DNA of 64,000 bases, taken from IMG/VR virus record IMGVR_UViG_3300020183_005033, positions 1 through 64,000 of that record. One strand, 5' to 3'. The translations under genes were made by a program, and so were the position numbers. The notes beneath the pieces were generated by a model that was not told the DNA's origin, did no database searches, and saw only the letters and a program-made list of their open reading frames with translations. Positions 20,601-29,860 of this stretch are shown here, in pieces (position 1 is the stretch's first letter; each line of letters starts with the position of its first letter). The stretch comes from a virus.

Positions 20601-21228
20601 CTTTGTCGTATTCTGGCCTAATCCACTTTTGGTCAAGGATATGAGGCATGACTTCCACAAAAAAAGACTCTGGGCTTACAATAGAGCGGATTTGTTGATA
20701 TATTTGTTCTGCTAATTCAGGATTACCTGCCTTTAAAGCTTTTGAGACAGCAGAACCATAGCAGCCACTGCCCAAAACAATCTCATTTCCAATCTCTTGT
20801 AGTTCTTCCCAAGTCAACAGGGGCTTCATGTCGCCATACTTAATCAAAGCGCGTTCATGGGCAATTGGAGTCAAACTAGAAAAGTATTCATATGCTTTTT
20901 GTGTCTTAAACAAGACAGTCATATGACAGGTAGCAGGCTCTTCTTTTCCATTCTTGTAAATCTTTGGCGGCTCCCAGGGAGACATCAAGTAAATCTCGAC
21001 GCCATGAATGGGTGTCAAACCAGCTTTCATAGATTCTTCATAGAGTTCTGCCAGACCGCCCATCTGTCCATGGTCGGTCAATGTGGCAGACCTGCGTCCT
21101 AGCTCTTTAGACCTCTTGACGAGAGCCTTAACTGAAGACCCTCCGTCAAGAGACGCCTGAGCACTGTGACAGTGAAAGCACATGCACAATGAACGGTATT
21201 TGGGCTTGTTTGGCACCAAGATATCCAT
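17638..21228 (-). CDS. dnaE: DNA polymerase III alpha subunit (family C)
   Basis: PHP domain HCHS..SLDG, TDHG; RGSG; FPDIDLD; HAGGVV; KFDFLG; YSFNKSHS. Confidence 0.95.
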   Translation of the reverse strand: MDILVPNKPKYRSLCMCFHCHSAQASLDGGSSVKALVKRSKELGRRSATLTDHGQMGGLAELYEESMKAGLTPIHGVEIYLMSPWEPPKIYKNGKEEPATCHMTVLFKTQKAYEYFSSLTPIAHERALIKYGDMKPLLTWEELQEIGNEIVLGSGCYGSAVSKALKAGNPELAEQIYQQIRSIVSPESFFVEVMPHILDQKWIRPEYDKVSKEIIKSGMFVPNDLDECGSPIDLQKASNQFMVQMARKYKDPIVISEDAHVAVEDHKVVQDVRLGDNWRFSCSYSLEPTEVWADSLMKQMPDITSRDIEEWVDNSYKIFEQFRGYKFLTSKNRHLLPTMESVYNVSSDTSSVQHLKKLIVETGRFPKDPEKAVIYSERLKEEIRVLTQLGYDFLPYVFTVHDVCIAMRERGYLANPRGSGCSSLVLYLIGVSIIDPIEWKLPFSRFLNEGRVKGGSFPDIDLDISIREVCLDYLKAKYQDNMALISTDVAMRLKLTIREVERWMFGKVRSSTEDVLDDMPFVPQGVSDLHFLFGYEDESTGEHVQGFLESGSQAAEKLKNYIETEKEIWEVVLACSGIPKTRGVHAGGVVITPVPIQSIIPLTKVNDQLATAYTMKWVEYVGGVKFDFLGVKTLESLSHSFKAIQENLGVVFDWKQPEHDDKVFTDVIHQNKISGIFQISGGAVAPFIKKAPPKNVKDLAALIALCRPGALDAPAPDGSVLTAADYYVECSNNRKSAYYVHPELEPILSETYGVLVYQEQLMAIAKLILGLNDQQADDWRRASGKKDKKLMDSLCDDLKQAAICRGWTEEQAQRLADTVVASARYSFNKSHSASYGVIAYIEAMIKCYYPAYYWLGKLTVNRGKEEKILAFLSECREYVVQPSALHSHSHEWIVEGDKIRAPLAMIKGVGIEAAKAVGEFIRQHVDISNPDHQWGNFLLALADSKKAKQRTQFTAAAVVNLLYAGAFKEILPLQTDDTKNIIIHASQLRDAMQSKSTGGKLKRTQTVTLSMIEDEFTLSLWRSENNPIYSYSVALLKDISKMIVDKFGFQEGDVDDNILFTRPIEFKETDAKNTEGGVKAPRMDIIESWSKVIESSDSVRRYISYTQEPRILAGVVGIVTKVETKLSKAGNNYLSFTLDTGTDKIEGINVFGSSVAKYEEHLKTKKIVMVLMTPKLWNGKYYPDMKRVVPLMELKL

Positions 21229-21233
21229 GTTTA

Positions 21234-21578
21234 TTACTCTTTATGGCTGAGTTTTTTATTGATTCGGCTCAACGTGTCTTCTGCTGCCTCTTCAGAAACA
21301 TCATTAAGGAAGTTGACTACGCGCTCCATATCATGAGCGTGGTAAGACATCAAGTGCATTGCAAGGTTCTTAACCGCATCAGAGCAGCTCAACACCATAG
21401 CAACATTGCTGAGGTCTTCCGCACTGACTAAAAAAGTCGTCTTAAGTCCTGCCTTTTCGGAAACAAGCCAGCCTGTACCTTTATCATCCATCTGAACAGA
21501 AAGGGGCGAATCAGCCGTAGGGCGTACAACATCAAGGTGTGGCATTTTGTGCAAAGTGGTCTTCATAAAATCCTCCAT
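21234..21578 (-). CDS. hypothetical protein
   Basis: 114 aa, coupled. Confidence 0.6.
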   Translation of the reverse strand: MEDFMKTTLHKMPHLDVVRPTADSPLSVQMDDKGTGWLVSEKAGLKTTFLVSAEDLSNVAMVLSCSDAVKNLAMHLMSYHAHDMERVVNFLNDVSEEAAEDTLSRINKKLSHKE

Positions 21579-23743
21579 TAAACATAAATAACTTCATCAA
21601 ATAAACCGTCATCTAAACCGTGCTCTACAACAATAACGAGTTTCCTGCTTGAAACGCTTCTCAATCCTTCGAGACAATCAACTTTCAGTTCAGTATGCGC
21701 TCCCGCAAAAGCCTCGTCAAGCAAAAGTATCGGGCTATTGAACAGGTCGCTTAGTGCTAACTGAAAAGCCAACATGGCTCTGTTTTGTTCTCCTCCGCTG
21801 AGCTGGTCAAGACTATCATACTCCATCCCCTTATGGAAGACCGAAGTAGACATCTTTGCGCGTACACTCTCGTCTTTGTTGAGACGAACATTATTGAGTG
21901 TAATTACAGTCCCCTGATTCGGGAACAGTAATTCAGTGTACGCCTTGGCGTGCTGGTTGATAGCATTCAATATGTCTGCTATCGACTGCGTCGCCGCAGT
22001 ATCGCTCAGCTCCTTGAGCTTAAGGGCATGTTTGAGTTTCTGCTCGGCAGCAAGCTGCTCTTTGAGCGCCTTTTCATACTTGCCCTGTGCCTCCTTAGCA
22101 CTTACAAGACTCTTATCGGCATCACTTTGACATTGCTTTAACTGTTTTTCATAAATTTCATCAATTTCAATAAGTTTGGCCTTTTCTTTTAATTCTGAAA
22201 CCATGGTTTCACAATTAGCCAAACTCTCTTTGACCTTTTCATACTCTTGAGCAGCCGACTCTAGTTTAGACTGCTTAAACTGAATGGCTCGCGCAAGGTC
22301 ATCTGACTCTTGAGCTAGTTTGGCAATCTTCTGGGTAGCAGTATCAATATCATTATTAAGCATTTTGCTTTTAATCTCGTAATTTTTAACAGTATCCTCA
22401 ATCTTCTTAATCTTCTCTTGGAATTGCTTAAGCTGCTCTTGGGTCTGAGCTGCAGGCAATGGCGGGTCAGACAGTTGAGTTGTCTCGGCCAGTAGACCCT
22501 TTAATTCTCTGTGTAGGTGAACAAGAGCGCTGCGTTCGCTATCAATTTTGTCTTGAATCGCCTGAGCAGCGTCTATTTCTTTTTGAATCTCAGAAACTGA
22601 CTTCCCCTTATGCTCATGAACTTTAGCTAAAGAACCGTTAGAAACAATGACTGACTGAGCGCAGTGAGGGCAAGGCAAGCCTTTAGAGCTTAGCTCGGCC
22701 ATGTACTTTTGTTGTTTTAGTTCTGTAATCTTTTGTTCCTGTTCGTGAAGCTGCTTAGAAAGATTAGAGATAGTTGATTCTATATTCTTGCTTTCACCGT
22801 GCTTTTCTGTAATTGTTTGAATCTTTTGAAGCTTCTTAAGAGCCGCCATTGATTCTACTAACCAGACACTTTGTGCCTGAATAAGAGAATAGGCGGCGGC
22901 AATCTTTTCAGGAGTATATTTAGAATCCGGCGTTTCGAGGGAAGCCAGCTCTTCTTGTTTAGCCTTTAAGATAGCTTTTTGTTCTTCTATATTCTTGATA
23001 TTGTTCTTATATGTACTATTAGAGTCATTAATAGCATCTTTATTTGTAACTATGATGTCATGAAGGTCATTGAGTTTCTTTTGAGTGTCGCGTAGCTGAG
23101 AGTTTGCCTGAGCTGCTTGTTCACTAATCTTTTGGCGCTCTTCTGCAGTAAACGAAGGTTTTTGTTGCTCAGTAAGGCGCTGAAGGTTAGCTTCATGAGT
23201 GTTTTTAGCATTTTGAGTCATCTCGGCCAATAAACCAAGCTGACCTGCAGCTACCTTAATGCTGCCCTCAAGTTCTTTTATAAGGTTAGCAATCTTGAGT
23301 TTGTGAGCCTCTGGGTCTTCTTCCCCAAAAGCAATCTTTTGAACAAACCTAAGTTGGTCGGCAGCCGTGTAGGACAGCAGCGACCCTTTGAGCTTCTGCT
23401 TGATGTAAGAGCATGACTGAAATATCTCTGAGTTCATCTGCAGGTGAGTGTCAATGATGGCCTGAGCAGCCTCATTCTCGTAATTGCCTACATTTAGCCT
23501 GTTAGGAGAGTTCTGGCGCAAGATAGTATGTTCATTTAGTTGCAGAGTCACTACTGGCTTCTTGGTGCCTGTAAGTGGCTTTACGCCCTTAACAAGAGTG
23601 TCTCCGTAGAGTGCCCACACCAAAGCTTCAACGATGGTACTTTTGCCAGTGCCACTATCGCCCGCAAGACGGATAAGACCTGTCTTGGGCAACTCAAACT
23701 CTTTGTCTTCTATAGACCTAAAGTTTTTAATTGTTAGTTTCAC
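21578..23743 (-). CDS. sbcC: SbcC/Rad50 (gp46-like) ATPase
   Basis: GDSGTGKST, coiled coils, CPHC hook, LSGGE, LLLDE. Confidence 0.9.
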   Translation of the reverse strand: MKLTIKNFRSIEDKEFELPKTGLIRLAGDSGTGKSTIVEALVWALYGDTLVKGVKPLTGTKKPVVTLQLNEHTILRQNSPNRLNVGNYENEAAQAIIDTHLQMNSEIFQSCSYIKQKLKGSLLSYTAADQLRFVQKIAFGEEDPEAHKLKIANLIKELEGSIKVAAGQLGLLAEMTQNAKNTHEANLQRLTEQQKPSFTAEERQKISEQAAQANSQLRDTQKKLNDLHDIIVTNKDAINDSNSTYKNNIKNIEEQKAILKAKQEELASLETPDSKYTPEKIAAAYSLIQAQSVWLVESMAALKKLQKIQTITEKHGESKNIESTISNLSKQLHEQEQKITELKQQKYMAELSSKGLPCPHCAQSVIVSNGSLAKVHEHKGKSVSEIQKEIDAAQAIQDKIDSERSALVHLHRELKGLLAETTQLSDPPLPAAQTQEQLKQFQEKIKKIEDTVKNYEIKSKMLNNDIDTATQKIAKLAQESDDLARAIQFKQSKLESAAQEYEKVKESLANCETMVSELKEKAKLIEIDEIYEKQLKQCQSDADKSLVSAKEAQGKYEKALKEQLAAEQKLKHALKLKELSDTAATQSIADILNAINQHAKAYTELLFPNQGTVITLNNVRLNKDESVRAKMSTSVFHKGMEYDSLDQLSGGEQNRAMLAFQLALSDLFNSPILLLDEAFAGAHTELKVDCLEGLRSVSSRKLVIVVEHGLDDGLFDEVIYV

Positions 23744-23750
23744 AACAACC

Positions 23751-24722
23751 TCAAACTAAGACTTCGTTGAATACAGCCATTAGCTCTTCGTCAGTTCCAA
23801 CCATTTCCTTTAGGAGTTCGAGGTAAGTTTTCTTAGTGACTTGAATAGTTTCTTTTTGCTTGTTGGTTGGAGACAAAACGACTTTGACGTTTTTGTCTAT
23901 AAGTTTTGTATATGACTGTGTTTTTCTGAACGCAGTAAGTTCTGATGACTCGCCCTCTACAACCAGACGGACATGGGTATTGGCGGGAACCTTAAATGAC
24001 TTGGCCTGTTCAACGAGTAGGGTCATAGTTAACTTCTTGGGCATCCCCAAGTCAATTCTAGTGTGTGTCATCTTTTCTGCAAATTCAAACAAGCTAATTG
24101 CCTTTTCGTCAGTCTCGGCAAAGGTTGTCATGTAGGGGGTGCCGACATAACAAATATTTTTTTGTAGCCACTGATGTTGATGGATATGGCCACTAACGAC
24201 TAAAGGAAAATCTTCTGGCCATTTGTCGCCATGTTCCATCTTGATGCCGTTTAGTTCAACGCCGTAGAAGTCTTGATGGCAAAAGATTGCTCGCGCATTC
24301 TTCCATCCTTCACATGTATCAAGTGCTTCCACAAACCTCCCTGCAGGAACGTATGGCATCAGTACCAACCCATAAAAGCTAACCACCCTGTCCACAATCT
24401 TGACACGTTCTAGACCATCAAATGCTTTTAAAAAGTGATTGTCTGACAAAAACTGAGAGTTGTTAACATAGTCATGGTTTCCAACCAAAACATATACCGT
24501 ACAAATTGAGCCAATTTCTTTTAGAAGCTTGAGAACTTGATTAAATGGTTGGACGTAGGTTGTTCCATGATTATGGAGCAAGTCCCCCATAAAAATAACA
24601 ATATCGGGAGTTGTCTCCCAAACCTTTTCTTTTAGCTTTTCAATTAGTAGGTCATTTTCTGCAATGGACGAGTGTCTAAAATGAATGTCTCCAACGCATA
24701 ATATTTTTAAATTCAAACTCAT
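23751..24722 (-). CDS. sbcD: SbcD/Mre11 (gp47-like) nuclease
   Basis: GDIH, GDLLH, GNHD, SGHIH. Confidence 0.88.
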   Translation of the reverse strand: MSLNLKILCVGDIHFRHSSIAENDLLIEKLKEKVWETTPDIVIFMGDLLHNHGTTYVQPFNQVLKLLKEIGSICTVYVLVGNHDYVNNSQFLSDNHFLKAFDGLERVKIVDRVVSFYGLVLMPYVPAGRFVEALDTCEGWKNARAIFCHQDFYGVELNGIKMEHGDKWPEDFPLVVSGHIHQHQWLQKNICYVGTPYMTTFAETDEKAISLFEFAEKMTHTRIDLGMPKKLTMTLLVEQAKSFKVPANTHVRLVVEGESSELTAFRKTQSYTKLIDKNVKVVLSPTNKQKETIQVTKKTYLELLKEMVGTDEELMAVFNEVLV

Positions 24723-25293
24723 AATTTTCCTTAATCATATTTTTTTTGCAAAAAACTAATTTTGGGCGTAAATTCTCCGTATCCCAAACTCTTTTCCCGC
24801 TCCAACCATCGGTTCCTTTTCCTGCTCCGCGTTTACAGGTATAACCCTTAGTCTGTCCTACCAAAACCCACCCATCTTTTTTATAACATTCGCCAGTTCT
24901 GGGTAGTTCTACCAATGTTTCGTATCCAATTATATCGTCTCCGTATTTTAATTTCCAATCGACTTTAATTGTTTGTCTAAACAATCTTAAAACGGCGGCT
25001 GAAAACTGTCTAATAGGATATTTGCCATTGACTTTTTCAATATGAAAAAAGATATTATTTACAATATTGTTAAGGTTTTGTTTTTTATTTTCTTTTGTTA
25101 ATGAAAAATAGTCGTCTCTACCGATGAGATGAAGCGTGGAACTTCCGCCGACAATAGCTCCATAATAAACATTATCATACAAAACAGCATAACAAATATT
25201 TCTACCAACAAACCCTTTTGGTTGGCTGTAATGAATAGCCATATTATCTAATATTCTTGGGTCAGTTCTTTTTATTTGCTCAAGTTTTAGCAT
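24676..25293 (-). CDS. DUF4338 (DruA/Mom-like) family protein
   Basis: HYS..GR.I.YAV, RD.Y, VNN, DW..KYG...ETLVE...G.CY...GW..VGQTKG; start uncertain (ORF track 25344). Confidence 0.65.
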   Translation of the reverse strand: MLKLEQIKRTDPRILDNMAIHYSQPKGFVGRNICYAVLYDNVYYGAIVGGSSTLHLIGRDDYFSLTKENKKQNLNNIVNNIFFHIEKVNGKYPIRQFSAAVLRLFRQTIKVDWKLKYGDDIIGYETLVELPRTGECYKKDGWVLVGQTKGYTCKRGAGKGTDGWSGKRVWDTENLRPKLVFCKKNMIKENYEFEFKNIMRWRHSF

Positions 25294-25344
25294 TTCATTT
25301 CTTTTTTCTATTCTAACCATAACAGCTCCCATAACTTCTCCCAA

Positions 25345-26766
25345 TCATTTTGTCCACCTGCCGTCCATAGCAATGACAATCTGAAATAAACCACCCTTAT
25401 ACAAAACAACACTAGCATTTAGCCAACTAGAAGCACCGTCGTTATACGACAAACGTAATTTGGTCGAAGTTCCTGCCACTACCCACCTATGCACAATTTG
25501 AGGCGTATGGGTATGACCTGAAACTCCTTTGCCATAGGTCTTCTCCAAAGCTTCAGGGCTACCCCGACTGCCGTTAGCGGCTTTATCGCCATGAACGCTT
25601 AGGTTGAATCCTTCTACAATGTAGTCTTTATTTCTGTCAAGCCAATTATATTCACCCTCTGGGTCTACAGCGTCTTTTAAGATATTCTTAGAGCCTTTAA
25701 TACGAAGGTTCATCAGCTCATGAGCCAAAGCATAGTTGACTGGGTCGTTAAGATACCTTCCTTCGTCTAAATAACGAACGAGATGGTCTGGAGCATGATT
25801 TGACGCTACTATGTTTAGTTCACCATCGCTTGGCATCTTAGCCTTAATTTCAGACAATCTTTTACCAACAACAAACAACTCTTTTTCCAACGTAGAAAGC
25901 TCATGAGGTCTATTGAGGCGTTCGATGGGCCTATGTTCTAGGTGGTGACTAATCGAAACTCCATCCATAATGTCATGAAGAAAAACTCTTTTAGGTTGAG
26001 TCGCCTGAAATACTTCGTACCAAGCCTGCATTGTCTTAGGGCAATCAAAGCCAGCGTGTAAGTCACCCATAACAAAGGCTTCTGCCCTTTCGTCTTGAGA
26101 CGAACCATCAGGAAAATGGCGTTTACCATACAACACCATAGAGCCATCGGTGTCTGCCTGTACTTGAGTCAAATGGAACTTCTCTTTATCCAAAGTGACA
26201 AAAAGACCACCAATAACGTGGTCTTGTGTAGAAATGCGGCCAAGTCGATTCTTTTGATAGTCAGGTAATGTAATAGCACCTGTCGAATGCAGCATACGAG
26301 GGTGAAGGTTGTTGCCACTGGGAAGAATCTTCATATGTTGTCTGGGTGAGGCAACAAGAACAGAATAACGCTTATCGCCATCAACGCCATAGCGAGTTAA
26401 ACCAGTTAAAGGTAATACCTGTTGAGGGTTAACCTGAACATCCAAAGCTTTAAGGTTGCTATTAAAAACGTATTCAACAAATGCTTTACCTTCTTTGTAG
26501 AGTCTTTCCACTTCGGGAGCATAGATATGGTCTTGGGGCTCAAGGCTGCGTTTATGGCCGCGCATAAGTAATACAATGAGTTTTGCTTTCTTTTGCTCAC
26601 AAAACTTTTCTACAGTGGCCAAGAATTTCCTGTCTACCGGAGCACCAGCAACTGCCGCTGTAATAAAATATCGACCGTAACTAGAATCATAAAATTTGCG
26701 AGATTTCTCGGCCTTTTCTCGCGTCAAACCCTCAACGGGTTTTTTCTTCTTAGGCGTAGCCATCAA
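25345..26766 (-). CDS. T5 A1-like metallophosphoesterase/nuclease
   Basis: RYFITAA, GDLH, HDIMDGVSISHH, SNH, HGD..NGSRGS, GHTHTP, SYN.GASSW. Confidence 0.7.
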   Translation of the reverse strand: MMATPKKKKPVEGLTREKAEKSRKFYDSSYGRYFITAAVAGAPVDRKFLATVEKFCEQKKAKLIVLLMRGHKRSLEPQDHIYAPEVERLYKEGKAFVEYVFNSNLKALDVQVNPQQVLPLTGLTRYGVDGDKRYSVLVASPRQHMKILPSGNNLHPRMLHSTGAITLPDYQKNRLGRISTQDHVIGGLFVTLDKEKFHLTQVQADTDGSMVLYGKRHFPDGSSQDERAEAFVMGDLHAGFDCPKTMQAWYEVFQATQPKRVFLHDIMDGVSISHHLEHRPIERLNRPHELSTLEKELFVVGKRLSEIKAKMPSDGELNIVASNHAPDHLVRYLDEGRYLNDPVNYALAHELMNLRIKGSKNILKDAVDPEGEYNWLDRNKDYIVEGFNLSVHGDKAANGSRGSPEALEKTYGKGVSGHTHTPQIVHRWVVAGTSTKLRLSYNDGASSWLNASVVLYKGGLFQIVIAMDGRWTK

Positions 26767-26785
26767 AAATCACCTCAACATAATT

Positions 26786-27067
26786 TTAGAGCTTCTTAAG
26801 TCCGTCCTGAAATCTTTCAGCGGCTTTTTCCTTTTCTTTCCGCTTCATGTCTTCGTTGTTCCACTTAATTCTCTCCGGCATCGAGTCATAATAAGTATGT
26901 CTATTCGAGTACAAATCCGTTGTACCCGCTGTATGAGCAGTATCTACAGCCTTTTGTTCAAGTTCGCAAGAGTTTTCTTTACATGCGGCAACAAAACTGC
27001 TGACTTCGTCGTCAAACAGTTCTGTTTCTTTTTTACATTTTTTACAAATATACAGCCTTAACGGCAT
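26786..27067 (-). CDS. FmdB-like zinc-ribbon protein
   Basis: MPL..YICKKC...C....C. Confidence 0.55.
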   Translation of the reverse strand: MPLRLYICKKCKKETELFDDEVSSFVAACKENSCELEQKAVDTAHTAGTTDLYSNRHTYYDSMPERIKWNNEDMKRKEKEKAAERFQDGLKKL

Positions 27068-27068
27068 G

Positions 27069-28682
27069 TTATCTTGACTCCGAGATAAGAGACTTCAGCT
27101 TACGCAACTCATCCATTTTTTGCAAGTCAGCAGTCAAGCTGAAGCAAGCCGTCGTGCTGCACATGATGGCAAGCTCGCAAGCATTTCGCAACACGCTCAT
27201 GCAAGTTTCGGCAGCATCACAAACTTGTAAATCTTTATAGTGTCCAACTTTGACGGAACCATCCTCTTGAACTGCATACGTTTCATTTTCTTTACGGGGC
27301 GGCGCTTCGATACCAAGGTTCTCAAATACTTTATTAGTGACTGCAGATAGGGCTTGAACTAGGTTTTCAGGCAAGCCACAAGCCAAGGCGGCCTGTTGGT
27401 ACATGACACCACACCCTGGGACAATACCACCTCTCCTAGCTGCCTGAGCTGCCTTAATAGCATCGTCAACGCGGTCTGCTCGCTCCTGCACAGCAGCAGC
27501 ATGCCCAGCACCTACCACGATGGTTACTAGACCTTCTGTCAATTCAGCGTTACGTGCGGCAATTACATCTTTATCAAATGCTGAACGCGAAGCTTCCATA
27601 GCATTGATGTTCTGCTGAGCACGCTTAGGAATAAAGTGATTCTTATTGCGTCCGTGCAATACTGTCTTGTAGGGATGTATGACCGCATGATTACAAGTAC
27701 CTAAGTTTTCTACCTTGGCACGGCCATAAGATGCGCCGTCAAAGATTTCAGCATTTGTGATGGCAGCAATATCCATAAGGATTTGCATACCGCTATTGAA
27801 CTCGGCAGTCTGGCGTACCTTTGAGACAAAGATACTAACCTTGCCTGCGTATTTACGGTTTACGGGGATTAGCTCATTACAAACGCTTTCTGCCACATCG
27901 TAGGCAAACACAAGTAAAGTAAATCTATTGTTGGTCTTGATGCCTAAGTCAGTTACGGCTGCATTAAGTTGTTCAACTGAATGAATTTCGCCGTTATAAA
28001 GCAAGATATATGGATTTTCCATCTGGAAGGGCAGGTTTTCACCTGGCTTATCGGAGCAACTCATGGCCAAAGTTGGGTGGTGGTTATAGCCACGGCCAGC
28101 ATTATAGCCATCCTGTAGTTCAACCTTATAGCGTTCTTTAGCTGCCACATTCTTTTCGACAAGGATAGTGCCATGAACGCTTGTCTTGTCGAGAGCCTCC
28201 ATAACGCAGTTAACAATCTCCATATCGCCGTTAGCAGAGGTCTTAGCTACCATTGCAACCGCTTCAGTATCTTTAACTGCATTTTCACGAATGTAACCAA
28301 TACAGTCTTCAATATGACGTTCTACTTGACGAGCGTAAGCTTGAGGAGCTGCAGCATTTTTTTCTTTAATGGCATTAGCTATGGCAGAGGATAACACGAG
28401 GGTTGAGGTAGTTCCGTCGCCGCTCTCTAAAACAGAATGATTAGCTGCCTGCTTAGCAAAATAATGTACCGCGTGTTTAATTGGGTCGGTAAATTGCATC
28501 CAGCTAATTGTGGTTACACCATCTTTGGTGACAGTTGGTTGCATCTCTCCCATCTGATTTGGCTTATCAAAGATTACAGGTAGACCTGCTGGCCCTAGAG
28601 TTGAACCCACCGCTTCTGCAATCTCACAGAGCGCGTCCACCGCCATATCTCTAGCCTGCTTGCCGACAACTAGTTGTTTCAT
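27069..28682 (-). CDS. groEL: Phage GroEL-like chaperonin
   Basis: TLGPAG, TKDGVT, GDGTTS, TSANGD, RVDDAI, GIVPGCG. Confidence 0.9.
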   Translation of the reverse strand: MKQLVVGKQARDMAVDALCEIAEAVGSTLGPAGLPVIFDKPNQMGEMQPTVTKDGVTTISWMQFTDPIKHAVHYFAKQAANHSVLESGDGTTSTLVLSSAIANAIKEKNAAAPQAYARQVERHIEDCIGYIRENAVKDTEAVAMVAKTSANGDMEIVNCVMEALDKTSVHGTILVEKNVAAKERYKVELQDGYNAGRGYNHHPTLAMSCSDKPGENLPFQMENPYILLYNGEIHSVEQLNAAVTDLGIKTNNRFTLLVFAYDVAESVCNELIPVNRKYAGKVSIFVSKVRQTAEFNSGMQILMDIAAITNAEIFDGASYGRAKVENLGTCNHAVIHPYKTVLHGRNKNHFIPKRAQQNINAMEASRSAFDKDVIAARNAELTEGLVTIVVGAGHAAAVQERADRVDDAIKAAQAARRGGIVPGCGVMYQQAALACGLPENLVQALSAVTNKVFENLGIEAPPRKENETYAVQEDGSVKVGHYKDLQVCDAAETCMSVLRNACELAIMCSTTACFSLTADLQKMDELRKLKSLISESR

Positions 28683-29392
28683 GATAAATTCTCCGTTTTT
28701 TTAATTTTCTTTTCCTCTTTGTTTACAATTTTTTCATACGCAGTCAAAGCGTCGTATGCATCGACATCCGATGTTGTAACCAAGTGCAAACGAATTTTCC
28801 ACTCGCTGGCAAATTGTAAGAGGTTTTCATCCCAAGGCAACGTCCAAACAATTCTTTTGTGCTGCAAGGGAGTAGCTAAAGTCATTAATAATAACCCTAA
28901 CTCCCAGGCAAACTTAGGAAAAATTGTCCTTTCTCCCTTTTCTTTTAATTTATCTTCCGTAACAGAATATATTCCTAAATCCCAGTGATTGCTAGCATTA
29001 AGTCCATTTGCGTCGTTTCTAAACCAATTAGTGTTTTCTACGGTTGGCTGACTTCCTTTATAAAACAAAAATCCAGACTCTCCTAAGTGAGTAAAACTAC
29101 CTGCACGTTTAGAAGATTTTTGATAAGTAATATGCACTTCGTCCATATAATCAAGGTATTTAATTTTCGCAACGTTTGATAATGCTTTTAGATACTCACC
29201 TTTTGAATGCCTAACTAAAACTAAACAGATGTGGCGGTCTGTTGAAATATTATAAATTGATTTAAAAAGCTTATCAGATTCGTTGGAATTTTCAGGCACA
29301 TTAACTACCGACACATCGCTTGCCGGAATAGTCAAATCGCTTTTAGTTTTACTGGCTTCAATCGTCAACAGACCATCTGTACTTCTTAACAT
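28679..29392 (-). CDS. hypothetical protein
   Basis: 237 aa, coupled. Confidence 0.65.
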   Translation of the reverse strand: MLRSTDGLLTIEASKTKSDLTIPASDVSVVNVPENSNESDKLFKSIYNISTDRHICLVLVRHSKGEYLKALSNVAKIKYLDYMDEVHITYQKSSKRAGSFTHLGESGFLFYKGSQPTVENTNWFRNDANGLNASNHWDLGIYSVTEDKLKEKGERTIFPKFAWELGLLLMTLATPLQHKRIVWTLPWDENLLQFASEWKIRLHLVTTSDVDAYDALTAYEKIVNKEEKKIKKTENLS

Positions 29393-29396
29393 ATAA

Positions 29397-29732
29397 TTAT
29401 CCTTGACTGTTTTCGTACTTCCCTGATTTTTGAGGCAAAAAACAAAATACTTCTTTTGCGTCTACCTCAAAAGATAACTTAGCATCTCCGTTTGCATCTT
29501 CCCATTTGTCAATAATTAAATCGCCGTGCACTAATGCTACATGGTCTGGCTTGATGTACCCTTCTACAATGTTTACCAAACTTCCTTTAACTGTGACCTT
29601 ATGCCACTGGATTGATTTATATTTATTGATTACGCCGACTTTAAAAATTAAGATTTTTCCGTTTGGATATGTCTTTGTTTCGATATCCTTCCCAATCTTA
29701 CCAACTAACTCGACTCTGCAAAACGAACTCAT
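29397..29732 (-). CDS. ssb: bacterial-type single-stranded DNA-binding protein
   Basis: RVELVGKIGKD, WHKV, V.GDL...KWED.NG; AAGGAG RBS before ATG 29732. Confidence 0.75.
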   Translation of the reverse strand: MSSFCRVELVGKIGKDIETKTYPNGKILIFKVGVINKYKSIQWHKVTVKGSLVNIVEGYIKPDHVALVHGDLIIDKWEDANGDAKLSFEVDAKEVFCFLPQKSGKYENSQG

Positions 29733-29860
29733 AACTCTCTCCTTGGTTAAAACTACCCAAACAATCAATAAGTAGTTTGACATTCAAAATCAAATTAGAT
29801 TAACTTAAAAAGATTAAAGTTTTACAAGCTTAATTCCGAAGAGGAAAAGTCGGAGGTTTT

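Noticed and set aside
29815-29842. Fifth sigma-28 promoter upstream of the initiator gene
   Set aside because: TAAAGTTT is present, but the -10 (TCCGAAGA) is degenerate and needs a 12-bp spacer.
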